Source: Firmicutes bacterium CAG:95 (lineage in GTDB: Bacteria > Bacteroidota > Bacteroidia > Bacteroidales > Paludibacteraceae). Taken from it: a DNA stretch of 64,000 bases. The notes beneath the pieces were generated by a model. It was not told where the DNA came from and made no database searches. It was given only the letters and a program-made list of their open reading frames with translations. Below are positions 9,195 through 19,302 of the stretch, piece by piece. The position numbers and the translations under genes were made by a program. Numbering within the stretch: the stretch's first letter is position 1; every line of letters begins with the position of its first letter. The stretch is taken from assembly GCA_963615025.1 (NCBI GenBank), contig CAVEFV010000002.1, forward strand, positions 10,755 through 74,754, written 5' to 3'.

Positions 9195-10286
9195 TTAGTT
9201 GTACTTCCCATTGAATCGCATCTGTGCATCATTGACGAACTGTCGTATTTGCTGTTCACATTCTTTACGACAGATAAGCAGTACATTGTCGGATTCGGCG
9301 ACGATGTATTCATTGAGTCCCTGTACAACTGCGAGTTTGCCTTGTGGCATGACTATTACATTGTTGTGGCTGTCATATAGAGCGGTTTCGCATCGCAGGG
9401 TTACATTACCATTTTCATCCTTTTCCGATTGCTCGTAGAGAGAACCCCATGTACCTAAATCACTCCATCCGAAATCTGCCTCGAGTACATACACATTGTT
9501 TGCCTTTTCCATTAGGCCGTAGTCTATAGAGATGTTGGCACATGATGGGAACATTTCTTGGATGAACGCGTCTTCTTCGGGTGTTGCCATATATTGGATT
9601 CCTGCTTGGAATTTGTCCCAAATAGATGGGATGTAGGTCTGTAGTGCCGTTGTGATTGCATCGAGGTTCCAAAGAAACATGCCCGAGTTCCATAGGAATT
9701 CTCCTGTACGGAGGAACATTTCCGCGAGTTCTCTGTTGGGTTTCTCGGTAAATGTTTTGACTTTGTTGATTCCTTGCAATTGGTTATCAGGATCGATTTG
9801 GATATACCCGTAACCTGTTTCCGGTCGGGTTGCCTTTATTCCGAGCGTCAGCAGTGCATTGTTGTTGGTAATGAATTCAAGCCCTGCTTCGATGGTTTTC
9901 CGAAAGGCGTCTTCCTGCAGTACGAGGTGGTCGGAAGGTGCAATGATGATATTGGCATGGTTGGTGATTGCTTTTATTCTTGCGATAGCATAGGCGATGC
10001 ATGGTGCAGTGTTCCGTCGTACGGGTTCGCAGAGAACTTGCTGTTCTTTCATCCATGTGAAGGTTTCGAGAACGAGGGATTTGTATTGTACATTGGTGAC
10101 AATGAGTATATTGTCTTTTGGTACGAGCGGGAGCAGTCGTTCGACTGTGAGTTGCAGGAGGGACTTACCTGTTCCAAAGAAATCCAAGAACTGTTTGGGT
10201 TTATCTTGCCTGCTATACGGCCAGAAGCGGCTACCTATTCCTCCTGCCATTATGACGCAGAAGTTATTTTGGATGTTGTTTGACAT
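9195..10286 (-). CDS. mannose-1-phosphate guanylyltransferase-like NDP-sugar pyrophosphorylase
   Basis: 363 aa. Nucleotidyltransferase motif VIMAGGIGSRFWPYSR. No isomerase domain. Confidence 0.85.
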   Translation of the reverse strand: MSNNIQNNFCVIMAGGIGSRFWPYSRQDKPKQFLDFFGTGKSLLQLTVERLLPLVPKDNILIVTNVQYKSLVLETFTWMKEQQVLCEPVRRNTAPCIAYAIARIKAITNHANIIIAPSDHLVLQEDAFRKTIEAGLEFITNNNALLTLGIKATRPETGYGYIQIDPDNQLQGINKVKTFTEKPNRELAEMFLRTGEFLWNSGMFLWNLDAITTALQTYIPSIWDKFQAGIQYMATPEEDAFIQEMFPSCANISIDYGLMEKANNVYVLEADFGWSDLGTWGSLYEQSEKDENGNVTLRCETALYDSHNNVIVMPQGKLAVVQGLNEYIVAESDNVLLICRKECEQQIRQFVNDAQMRFNGKYN

Positions 10287-10401
10287 ATTAAGGTACTATT
10301 GTTAGTGGTTAAACATCTGTTTTACAGCGACTAATACCTTTGTTGAAGGGATGTATTTTTTGTTATCCCTTTGCCTTGTTATTCTCATTGTTAAGATATT
10401 A

Positions 10402-10409
10402 CAAAGGTA
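10402..10409 (-). promoter_or_regulatory. -7 promoter box TACCTTTG for the manC-like/glycogen gene string
   Basis: Exact TAnnTTTG on the minus strand, 116 nt upstream of the ATG at 10286. Confidence 0.5.
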
Positions 10410-10558
10410 TTACATTTTTTTTGACGAGCAAAGGTTTTGTATGGATTTTTTTGCGTTGTTTTATAACAGAAAATGTGTAGATTTTGTTGTATTGGTTGTT
10501 TTGAGGGTGGTGTTGGGGATAGAATTGATTTGATTTTGGTTGTTGTTGGTAATAGAGA

Positions 10559-10703
10559 GGGAACGGTAACATATTGATTTCTCTGCGAAGGAGAGTCGAG
10601 AGCCATAGCACGCTATGGCTCTACAGCGGGCATAAACGATGATACCTTCGACGGGGAAACAGTGATGGTGTGAAGAGAGCCATAGCACGCTATGGCTCTA
10701 CAG
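10559..10703 (-). repeat. REP-like hairpin array, locus 1 (2 units, 77-nt period)
   Basis: Perfect palindromes AGAGCCATAGC-AC-GCTATGGCTCT at 10599-10622 and 10676-10699. Each is preceded on the minus strand by CTGT. The same units occur at 22.6 and 44.3-44.6 kb. Confidence 0.9.
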
Positions 10704-10787
10704 TTATTATCAATTAACAATTAACAATTAATAATTAATAAACCGAGAGGGCTATTTTGTAGGTTGTTGGTAGGTAGTTTGTAAGTT

Positions 10788-10831
10788 CTTCCTATATTCT
10801 TCCTATATTCTTCCTATATTCGTCGTATATA
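10788..10831 (-). repeat. 11-bp tandem array, locus 1 (4 units)
   Basis: CTTCCTATATT x3 then CGTCGTATATA. This is the reverse complement of the A(G/A)GA(C/T)GAATAT units at the other loci. Confidence 0.9.
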
Positions 10832-10840
10832 AAACCTTTG

Positions 10841-11100
10841 TAATATATAGGAATAATGGGGCTTGGCGGGAGGGAAGTTTGAGGGATTGGGAATTTAGGA
10901 GGGAGGAATGAGGATTAAAAGTGGAGAGTTGAAAGTTAATAGAAGTTTGGTATTGAGTGTATCAAGTAGAGGATAGAGGGGTTTACATAGTTGAGTGTTG
11001 AGAGTTGAGGGTTTAGTGCAGTTTAGCGTTGAGTGTTGATGAGTTTAGGGATTGATGAGTTTAGGGGAATTTGAGATTGAGGAAAGGGTGATGGTGTTGT
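10841..11100 (-). repeat. strand-asymmetric tract of the modular element (C-depleted on the + strand)
   Basis: By hand count there are only 6 C in 10861-11100 (240 nt). Internal direct repeat TTGATGAGTTTAGGG at 11036-11050 and 11052-11066. Confidence 0.8.
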
Positions 11101-11150
11101 AAAAAAACGGATTATGCATGGAATCGGTTGCATAATTACAGGAAAAGCCG

Positions 11151-11158
11151 TATCTTTG
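11151..11158 (+). promoter_or_regulatory. -7 promoter box TATCTTTG for ruvA
   Basis: Exact TAnnTTTG, 59 nt upstream of the ATG at 11217. Confidence 0.55.
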
Positions 11159-11216
11159 CCCCTTAAAAGGTATTTTTTACGAAAAAGTAAGGAATTATTA
11201 CAGAAAGGGATATGCT

Positions 11217-11819
11217 ATGATAGACTATATAAAAGGGACTTTGACCGAACTGACACCGACTTACGCTATTATTGAGGCTTGCGGTGTAGGTTATGATATA
11301 AATATCTCGTTGCCGACTTTTACGGCGTTGTCGGACAAGAAAGAGGATGTTCGTTTGTATATCAATGAGATTATCCGTGAAGATGCCCATTTGTTGTATG
11401 GTTTTATGAGTAAGCCCGAACGCTCGTTGTTTTTGTTGTTGATTAGTGTTTCTGGCATAGGTGCCAATACAGCCCGTATGATTATGTCGTCGTACACAGC
11501 ATCGGAGATTCGTCAGATTATCGCGACCGGTAATGCGCATGCGTTGTCGAGTATCAAGGGTATAGGAGCCAAGACTGCCCAGCGTATTATTGTGGAGTTG
11601 AAAGACAAGGTGTTGAAGATAGAGTTGGATGGTGGTTCGTTGGATAATGTTGTATCGGTGGATACGGTTGATAATGATTTGAAGCAGGAGGCCGTATCAG
11701 CCTTGATGATGCTCGGTTTCCAATCGTCGGCATCGTCGAAGGTGGTGGACAAGATATTGTCTGAAGACCCTCTTTGTTCGGTAGAGAAGGTTATTCGTAT
11801 TGCGTTGAAGATGTTGTAA
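11217..11819 (+). CDS. ruvA: Holliday junction DNA helicase subunit RuvA
   Basis: 200 aa. MIDYIKGTL...GVGYDINISL OB-fold start and helix-hairpin-helix motifs (VSGIGANTA, IKGIGAKTAQRI). Confidence 0.95.
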   Translation: MIDYIKGTLTELTPTYAIIEACGVGYDINISLPTFTALSDKKEDVRLYINEIIREDAHLLYGFMSKPERSLFLLLISVSGIGANTARMIMSSYTASEIRQIIATGNAHALSSIKGIGAKTAQRIIVELKDKVLKIELDGGSLDNVVSVDTVDNDLKQEAVSALMMLGFQSSASSKVVDKILSEDPLCSVEKVIRIALKML

Positions 11820-14800
11820 TCGTTGTAAGTCTGAAGCGTTTATTCCCCATAGGATTATTTCTTTTGTCGGTACCTGTATTCTGTCAGGTTCCTGAGGATT
11901 CCGTTGCTTTGCCGGAGCCGGTTCGTTCGGACAGTGTATTGTTTGCTCCTACCCGTGTGAAGCAGTATGAGGCGACGGATTATGAAGTTTTGTCGTCTCC
12001 TGCATCATCTATGGATTTGCAGGATCCGAACAATATCAAGACAGAGGTGGAATATCAGCCGTCGACGGGTTATTATATTATTCATACGAAGATAGGGGAT
12101 GTAGATATTGCTACGCCTTATCTGATGACGGAGAGTGAGTATGGTCAGTACTCGGCACAGCAGGCGATGTCCCGTTATTGGCAAGAGAAGATAAGCAAGG
12201 TTGAGCACAGTAACGAGAAGAAGTTCGACATCACAGATATGAAGTTCAACATCGGTCCGGCAGACAAAGTGTTTGGTCCCGGCGGTGTACAGTTGAAGTT
12301 ACAGGGTTCCGCCGAATTGATATTTGCCTTCAAACACCAGTACTTGGACAATCCTGCGTTGACACAACGAGGAAGGAATAACAATGTATTCGACTTTGAC
12401 GAGAAGATCCAATTGAATGTGAACGCATCGGTGGGGGACAAGTTGAAGTTTAATATGAACTACAACACGGAGGCCTCTTTTGATTTTGACCGACAGAATT
12501 TGAAGTTGAATTATCAGGGAAAGGAGGATGATATTATCCAGTCGTTGGAAGCAGGCAATGTGTCGATGAGTCTGAATAGTTCTCTTATCTCCGGAAGTCA
12601 GGCATTGTTTGGAATTAAAGCGAACTTGAAATTTGGGAAGTTGAGTATTCAAGCGTTGGTGTCGCAACAGAACTCGCAGAGTCAGACGGTGTCGTCAAAG
12701 GGTGGTGCGCAAACGACAGAGTTCGAGGTATCGGCGGACAGTTACGATGAGAACCGTCACTTCTTTCTGGGTCATTATTTCCGTGACACATACGAAAAGA
12801 ACATGGCTCAATTGCCATTTATTGCGTCAGGTGTGAACATTACCCGTATAGAGGTATGGATAACAAACAAGCGCGGACAGTATGACAATGCGCGTAATAT
12901 CATTGCCTTTACAGATTTGGGAGAGAACTCGGCGTCTCATATCAGCAGTACGCACTGGGTGCCGACGGAAGGTGTTGCTGTTCCGTATAACAGAGCGAAC
13001 AGTTTGTATCGTGAAGTGACGGGGTTGAGTGGTGTCCGTGATATACAACAGACGAATGTAGTATTGAGCAGTTTGGCGGGTTACGGTGTGATAGGTGGGG
13101 AGGATTACGAAAAGATAGAGTCGGCTCGTTTGTTGTCGAGTTCGGAATACACATTGAATGCTTCGTTGGGTTATATCTCGTTGAAGAGTGCATTGAACCA
13201 GGACGAGATATTGTGCGTTGCGTACGAATACACTTATAACGGTCAGGTGTATCAGGTAGGTGAGTTCTCTACGGATGCAGGGGAGGAGTTGAAGACGCCT
13301 AATGCGTTGATACTGAAGATGCTTAAGACCAGTTCAAATGCTCCTACGCAGAAGGGAAAAGGGACATGGGATCTGATGATGAAGAACGTCTATTCGATAG
13401 GCGCAATGCAGATGAGCCAGGAAAAGTTCGAGTTGTATGTGATGTACAAAAACGACTCTGTGGGTACGAGTATGCAATACATTTCGGAAGGGGATATAAA
13501 AGGACAGCAACTGCTTCGGGTAATGAATCTTGACCGTTTAGACCAGAAGAACAATGCCAACCCTGACGGAAAGTTTGACTATGTGGAAGGTTACACAGCG
13601 TTATCTTCCAACGGACGCATCATATTCCCTGTGTTAGAGCCTTTCGGCAGCCATCTTAAGAAGAAAATAAACAATCCCGCCATTGCAGAGAAGTATATTT
13701 TCCAGGAACTCTATGACTCTACTTTGGTGATAGCACAGGAGGTGTCGGAGAAGAACAAGTTTATGCTGGTGGGTAAGTACAAGGGTTCGTCGGGTAACGA
13801 GATCCGTCTGAATGCGATGAATGTTCCCCGTGGGAGTGTAAAGGTGACGGCAGGTGGAGCAGAGTTGGTTGAGAATGTGGACTATACGGTAGATTATGTA
13901 ATGGGAACGGTGACGATACTTAACCAGTCGATATTGGATGCGGGAACGAATGTGGATGTGAAGTTAGAGAATCAGTCGACCTTCTCTATGCAGCGTAAAT
14001 CGCTATACGGGACGCATATTGAGTATGCCTTTACTCCTGACTTTACGGTAGGTGGTACATTGATGCATCTTACGGAGCGTCCTTTGACGACGAAGGTGAA
14101 TACAGGCAGTGAGCCATTGTCGAATACAATATGGGGTTTGAACACCTCGTACAAGACGGAGTTCATGTGGTTGAGCAATGCATTGGATCGTATCCCATGG
14201 ATAACGGCGACGGCTCCTTCGACCTTGCAAGTGAATGCGGAGTTTGCCCATTTGATCCCCGGTCATACTCGCGATGTGGGTAAGGCAGGGTTGGCATATA
14301 TAGACGATTTTGAATCGACCAAGACCAATGTGGATATACACTATCCTACTTTCTGGAAGTTGAGTTCCACCCCGTCGTTCTTTGCGGAGTCGCAACTGAG
14401 CAACAATATCGAATATGGCAAGAACAGGGCTCGTATGGCGTGGTATATCGTTGACCCTATATTCGGTCACGCACAGAACAATACGCCTCAGCATATTCGA
14501 GACGATGTGAATATGTTGTCGGACCACAGGACTCGTATTGTGTATGAGCAGGAGATTTATCCGAACAAGGAGGTGTTAGCCACGGAGGATACTCGTTTGT
14601 CGATAATGAACATTTCGTTTTACCCAACAGAGCGCGGTCCGTATAATATCGTTGCCGATGAGATAGGCTCGGACGGTCGGTTGACTAATCCAGAGAAACG
14701 CTGGGGAGGTATGATGCGTAAGTTGGATAATACCGATTTTGAGACTTCGAATATCGAATATATAGAGTTCTGGATAATGGACCCGTTCCTTACCAATCCG

Positions 14801-17800
14801 GGCGCAGACTATGAGGGTGGCGATATATATATCAACTTGGGTGATGTGAGTGAGGATATTCTGAAGGACGGGAAAAAGTCGTTTGAGCATGGTCTTCCGA
14901 TCAGTGATACGGATGTGAACAGTACAGAGAATACAGTCTGGGGTCGTGTGCCTAAGACGACAAGCACCGTGATGGCTTTCTCGAACGAGAGTGGTGCGCG
15001 CGAGAAACAGGATGTGGGGCTTAACGGTCTGTCGACGGCAGATGAGTTCTTGTTTGAGTATAACGGTACGCGTCCTTATTCCGATTATGTGAATTCGTTG
15101 CGGGATAAGGTCTCTGCCGATGTTCGTAGCGCATGGGAGGCTGATCCGTTCTCGCCTCTTAACGACCCGGCAGGTGATAATTTTCACTATTATCGCGGGA
15201 GTGATTGGGACGAGCAGGAGGCGGATATCCTGACTCGATACAAGTACTTCAACGGGACAGAGGGAAACTCTCCTTCCACTGAGAACAGTTCGGAGACTTA
15301 TGGTACTGCTGCTACGCTACAACCCGATGTGGAGGATGTGAACATGGATAATACACTGAACGAGTATGAAAAGTATTATCAGTATCGCGTTCAGATTCGT
15401 CCAGGGATGTTGGAGGTAGGGCAGCAACATATCACAGAGAAGTTGGTGACAAAAGTTACCTTAGAGAATGGAAACACGGAGGAGGTAACATGGTATCAGT
15501 TTAAGATTCCTGTCCGTGAATATGACGACCGAGTAGGTACGATTCGTAACTTCAAATCGATACGCTTTATTCGTCTTTTCCTCACTAACTTTAAGCAGGA
15601 AACACACCTGCGTCTTGCTTCGCTTGACCTTGTTCGCGGGGAATGGCGTTCTTATACCAAGGACTTATATTCGACAACCGAACCGCCCAAGAGTTCGGCA
15701 TATATGGATGTGGAAGCCGTAAACATCGAGGAAAATGCCTCCCGTAGTCCGGTGAACTATGTATTACCTCCAGGTGTAAGTCGTCAGACCGATCCCGGTC
15801 AAGCGCAGTTGATTTCACAGAACGAACAGGCAATGGTGTTGCGTGTACATGAACTCTCCCCCGGTGATGCGCGTGCCGTATATAAGTCCACAGGATACGA
15901 TATGCGTAATTATAAGCGTCTGCAGATGTTTGTTCATGCTGAGGCACTGCGCGATGTTCCCGACCTTGCCGACCACGATTTGACTTGCTTCATCCGATTT
16001 GGGAGCGACCTGAAAAATAACTATTACGAATATGAGATTCCGCTTGTTCTCACACCGGAAGGTTTGTACAACAACGATGAAACTTCCGACCGAGAAAAGG
16101 TGTGGCCAACGGCTAATATGTTCGATTTTGCTTTCGATGTGCTGACCAATACGAAGTTGAAACGCAATAAAGCCAAACGAGCAGGGAACACAAATGTAAG
16201 CAACTCCATCCCCTATTCGGAATATGATACTGACTCTAACAAACCCGATAACAAGATTACCGTTATGGGTAACCCGACTTTAGGCGATGTGGAAAATATC
16301 ATGATCGGTATTCGTAACCGTGGACAGACTATCACCTCCGGCGAAATATGGGTCAACGAATTGCGCATGTCCGAATACAATGAGGATGGTGGTGTTGCTG
16401 CTATGGCGAATGTAGCCTTAGGCATCTCTGACATTGCGCAACTCAATATGGCAGGACGAATAGAGACTGCCGGCTACGGTTCGATTGAGAGTAATGTCTT
16501 GGACCGTAATATGGACAACAGTTACCAGTTCTCCGTCAGTGCGGCTTTGGAGGGTGGACGATTGTTTCCCGAACAAGCCAAGTTGCAGATCCCTCTCTAT
16601 GTGTCTTACACCAACGAGACCCTCTCTCCCAAGTACGACCCGTTGGACACCGACATAGAACTCAAAGAGAGTCTAAGTACCTACAACACAAAAACAGAGA
16701 GAGACTCTGTCAAGACCCTGTCCAATACCGTCCAAAAGAGTACAAACTTCTCGTTGAGTAGCGCAAAAATAAATATCCGCAGCAAGAAAAGAGATATGTT
16801 CTACGACCCTGCTAACTTCAACATATCCTATTCCTACGCCTTGCAAGATAAGCACAGTCCGGAAACGGAACACGACCTGCTGAAAGAGGAAAAAGGGTCA
16901 TTGAACTATTCATACAACTTCAATCCAAAACCATGGGAACCTTTTAAGAATAGCAAGAAGGTAGAGAAACTGAAATGGATCAAGGAACTGAATATCTACT
17001 ACCTGCCACAGAGTTGGGCGTTCTCTACCGATATGCAGCGTAGTTTCACCCAGATGAAGATGCGCGACCTGACAGGCGGGATGTCCTCCGACCCTATTTT
17101 CTCCAAAGACTGGATGTGGAATCGGAATTTTGACCTCAAATATGACCTGACCAAAACACTGAAGTTCTCTTTCCAGAGTGCGATGAACTCAACCGTAGAA
17201 GAGGGTACTCTCACTCCCGAAATCATTAAGGACTATAACTTTACCAACGACCACTACGAAGCATGGAAAGATACTGTCCTGCGCAGTCTGCGTACTATGG
17301 GGTCTCCTTACTCCTACCAACAGGTCTTCACGGCCTCCTATAGCGTACCATTCAATCGTTTCAAGGCTTTCGATTGGATGACCGCCACAGGAACTTACAA
17401 CGCCACATACAACTGGAACCGGACAGCACAAACAAGCGATGATAGTATCGACTATGGTAATGTCATCTCCTCTATGGCATCGTGGCAGGTGGACGGAGCA
17501 ATGAACTTCGAGTCGCTCTACAATAAATCCAAATACCTCAAAGGTGTCAACCAACGCTACTCCGGTCGGAACACCCGACGCGCTTTCCGTCCAAAGACCT
17601 ATACGCAGACTATTGCCGCAAAGGCTGACTCCACCATCGAGATTAACCATCGGCTCAACTCCGAGAATCTAAAGGTACAAGCAGTCGATGTCAACGGCAA
17701 GAAAGTAAGTATCAAGTACAAAACTGACGGTAAGGGTAAGATTCTATTGACTCCCAAAAAGAACTGCCCGAACCTGTCCATCACCATCACTACCAACGAC

Positions 17801-19261
17801 CCTAACTCGCGCACACCGGCTCAGATTGCCGGCGATTTGAGCGTACGCTTCCTAATGTTGGTTCGCAAAGCTCAGATAACCTATCGTGAGACCAACTCCC
17901 TCACCGTTCCCGGATTCTCTCCTCAGGTGGGCTTTATGGGAGAACGGAAGGTAGGCGACTACTACGCTCCGGGATTTGACTTTGCCTTTGGCTTTATCCC
18001 GACAGATTTTGTAGAGAAAGCAAAGGAACGCTATTGGTTGTCGCCCGACACTTCTGTCGTGCAGCCTGCTACACAAGCCAAGACAACTGACTTCAACCTT
18101 CGACTCACACTCGAACCCCTACCCGGACTGAAAATACAGATGAACGGACAACGATACACCTCTTCGGCTTCTTCCATCATCTACTCTTACGACCAACTGC
18201 AAGAAACCTTCACCGGCTCTTACAATATCACACAAGTAGCCATTGCCACCGCTTTTGATAAGATTGGTACTGCCGAACAGAACTACAACACGAAGTCTTT
18301 CGAACGATTCCTCAACTATCGCTCGACCATGCAGCAGCGATTGGAGAACGACTACACCTCCCTTTCCTATCCCGATGCAGGCTTTTTGAAAGGGACACCC
18401 ACTGCCAATACACCGTATAACCCCACCAAAGGAAGTGTCAATATCAACTCTGCCGATGTACTGATTCCTTCCTTCTTGGCAGCATACACAGGAAGAGACA
18501 TCAACAAGATACAAGCCAACCCCTTCCTGTCCATCTTGCAGATACTCCCTAACTGGAGCGTTACATTTGACGGACTGACTAAACTCCCGTGGATTAAAGA
18601 CCACTTCCGTTCAGTCAACATCACCCATGCCTATACCTGCAAATACAATATCGGAGCCTATAGCAGTTACTCCACATGGGTCCCCGCCATCGATAATAAT
18701 AACAAGTCCTATGGCTTCGTGCGCGATGTCACTACCGACAACCCTATACCCTCTTCCGCTTACGACATATCGAACATAAGCATCACCGAGCAGTTCTCTC
18801 CGCTCATCGGTCTTAATGTCGCCATGAAGAATTCACTCACCGCCAAGGTCGAGTACCGTAAACAACGCAACCTCACACTTAATGTTACCTCTGTGCAACT
18901 TATGGAGGGTGCTACCAACGAACTGGTAATAGGCTTGGGATATACAATCAAGGACTTCGATGTGATTATGAAACTGAAGAGCCAGAAGCAAACAAAGGTA
19001 AAGAACGACCTTAAGTTGAATGTTGATTTCTCCTACAAAGATGTCAAGACTCTGCTCCGTAAAGTAGAGGAGAATATCACCCAAGCCTCATCGGGTAACA
19101 AGGTTTTAGGCGTCAAGGTGTCTATCGATTATGTCCTGTCAAGTAAGGTCAACCTGCAACTCTTCTACGACCATCAAGGCACTACCCCGCTCATCTCCTC
19201 GTCCTATCCTATCAAGGCGGATAATGTCGGACTCAACATCAAACTTATGCTCACACGATAA
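11774..19261 (+). CDS. sprA: T9SS translocon / gliding-motility protein SprA
   Basis: 2495-aa single ORF. Size and composition match the giant SprA beta-barrel. A signal-peptide-like segment LKRLFPIGLFLLSVPVFCQ lies 20 aa after the only in-frame ATG. That start overlaps ruvA by 46 nt, so the start is uncertain. Confidence 0.9.
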   Translation: MFGREGYSYCVEDVVIVVSLKRLFPIGLFLLSVPVFCQVPEDSVALPEPVRSDSVLFAPTRVKQYEATDYEVLSSPASSMDLQDPNNIKTEVEYQPSTGYYIIHTKIGDVDIATPYLMTESEYGQYSAQQAMSRYWQEKISKVEHSNEKKFDITDMKFNIGPADKVFGPGGVQLKLQGSAELIFAFKHQYLDNPALTQRGRNNNVFDFDEKIQLNVNASVGDKLKFNMNYNTEASFDFDRQNLKLNYQGKEDDIIQSLEAGNVSMSLNSSLISGSQALFGIKANLKFGKLSIQALVSQQNSQSQTVSSKGGAQTTEFEVSADSYDENRHFFLGHYFRDTYEKNMAQLPFIASGVNITRIEVWITNKRGQYDNARNIIAFTDLGENSASHISSTHWVPTEGVAVPYNRANSLYREVTGLSGVRDIQQTNVVLSSLAGYGVIGGEDYEKIESARLLSSSEYTLNASLGYISLKSALNQDEILCVAYEYTYNGQVYQVGEFSTDAGEELKTPNALILKMLKTSSNAPTQKGKGTWDLMMKNVYSIGAMQMSQEKFELYVMYKNDSVGTSMQYISEGDIKGQQLLRVMNLDRLDQKNNANPDGKFDYVEGYTALSSNGRIIFPVLEPFGSHLKKKINNPAIAEKYIFQELYDSTLVIAQEVSEKNKFMLVGKYKGSSGNEIRLNAMNVPRGSVKVTAGGAELVENVDYTVDYVMGTVTILNQSILDAGTNVDVKLENQSTFSMQRKSLYGTHIEYAFTPDFTVGGTLMHLTERPLTTKVNTGSEPLSNTIWGLNTSYKTEFMWLSNALDRIPWITATAPSTLQVNAEFAHLIPGHTRDVGKAGLAYIDDFESTKTNVDIHYPTFWKLSSTPSFFAESQLSNNIEYGKNRARMAWYIVDPIFGHAQNNTPQHIRDDVNMLSDHRTRIVYEQEIYPNKEVLATEDTRLSIMNISFYPTERGPYNIVADEIGSDGRLTNPEKRWGGMMRKLDNTDFETSNIEYIEFWIMDPFLTNPGADYEGGDIYINLGDVSEDILKDGKKSFEHGLPISDTDVNSTENTVWGRVPKTTSTVMAFSNESGAREKQDVGLNGLSTADEFLFEYNGTRPYSDYVNSLRDKVSADVRSAWEADPFSPLNDPAGDNFHYYRGSDWDEQEADILTRYKYFNGTEGNSPSTENSSETYGTAATLQPDVEDVNMDNTLNEYEKYYQYRVQIRPGMLEVGQQHITEKLVTKVTLENGNTEEVTWYQFKIPVREYDDRVGTIRNFKSIRFIRLFLTNFKQETHLRLASLDLVRGEWRSYTKDLYSTTEPPKSSAYMDVEAVNIEENASRSPVNYVLPPGVSRQTDPGQAQLISQNEQAMVLRVHELSPGDARAVYKSTGYDMRNYKRLQMFVHAEALRDVPDLADHDLTCFIRFGSDLKNNYYEYEIPLVLTPEGLYNNDETSDREKVWPTANMFDFAFDVLTNTKLKRNKAKRAGNTNVSNSIPYSEYDTDSNKPDNKITVMGNPTLGDVENIMIGIRNRGQTITSGEIWVNELRMSEYNEDGGVAAMANVALGISDIAQLNMAGRIETAGYGSIESNVLDRNMDNSYQFSVSAALEGGRLFPEQAKLQIPLYVSYTNETLSPKYDPLDTDIELKESLSTYNTKTERDSVKTLSNTVQKSTNFSLSSAKINIRSKKRDMFYDPANFNISYSYALQDKHSPETEHDLLKEEKGSLNYSYNFNPKPWEPFKNSKKVEKLKWIKELNIYYLPQSWAFSTDMQRSFTQMKMRDLTGGMSSDPIFSKDWMWNRNFDLKYDLTKTLKFSFQSAMNSTVEEGTLTPEIIKDYNFTNDHYEAWKDTVLRSLRTMGSPYSYQQVFTASYSVPFNRFKAFDWMTATGTYNATYNWNRTAQTSDDSIDYGNVISSMASWQVDGAMNFESLYNKSKYLKGVNQRYSGRNTRRAFRPKTYTQTIAAKADSTIEINHRLNSENLKVQAVDVNGKKVSIKYKTDGKGKILLTPKKNCPNLSITITTNDPNSRTPAQIAGDLSVRFLMLVRKAQITYRETNSLTVPGFSPQVGFMGERKVGDYYAPGFDFAFGFIPTDFVEKAKERYWLSPDTSVVQPATQAKTTDFNLRLTLEPLPGLKIQMNGQRYTSSASSIIYSYDQLQETFTGSYNITQVAIATAFDKIGTAEQNYNTKSFERFLNYRSTMQQRLENDYTSLSYPDAGFLKGTPTANTPYNPTKGSVNINSADVLIPSFLAAYTGRDINKIQANPFLSILQILPNWSVTFDGLTKLPWIKDHFRSVNITHAYTCKYNIGAYSSYSTWVPAIDNNNKSYGFVRDVTTDNPIPSSAYDISNISITEQFSPLIGLNVAMKNSLTAKVEYRKQRNLTLNVTSVQLMEGATNELVIGLGYTIKDFDVIMKLKSQKQTKVKNDLKLNVDFSYKDVKTLLRKVEENITQASSGNKVLGVKVSIDYVLSSKVNLQLFYDHQGTTPLISSSYPIKADNVGLNIKLMLTR

Positions 19262-19302
19262 AGCCACCTGCTACCCCCTCTAACCGACAGACATATACAA
19301 CC

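Noticed and set aside
10391-10688. Small ORFs in the track (70-75 aa: MLWLSTLLRREINMLP..., MALDSPSQRNQYV...) and their look-alike at 44443-44625 (MLWLSTLLRRLNNMLP...).
   Set aside because: The shared 'peptide' is just the translation of the hairpin repeat (ATGCTATGGCTCTCAACTCTCCTTCGCAGA). The copies occur in different frames and orientations and have no promoter or start context. The conservation is at the nucleotide level.
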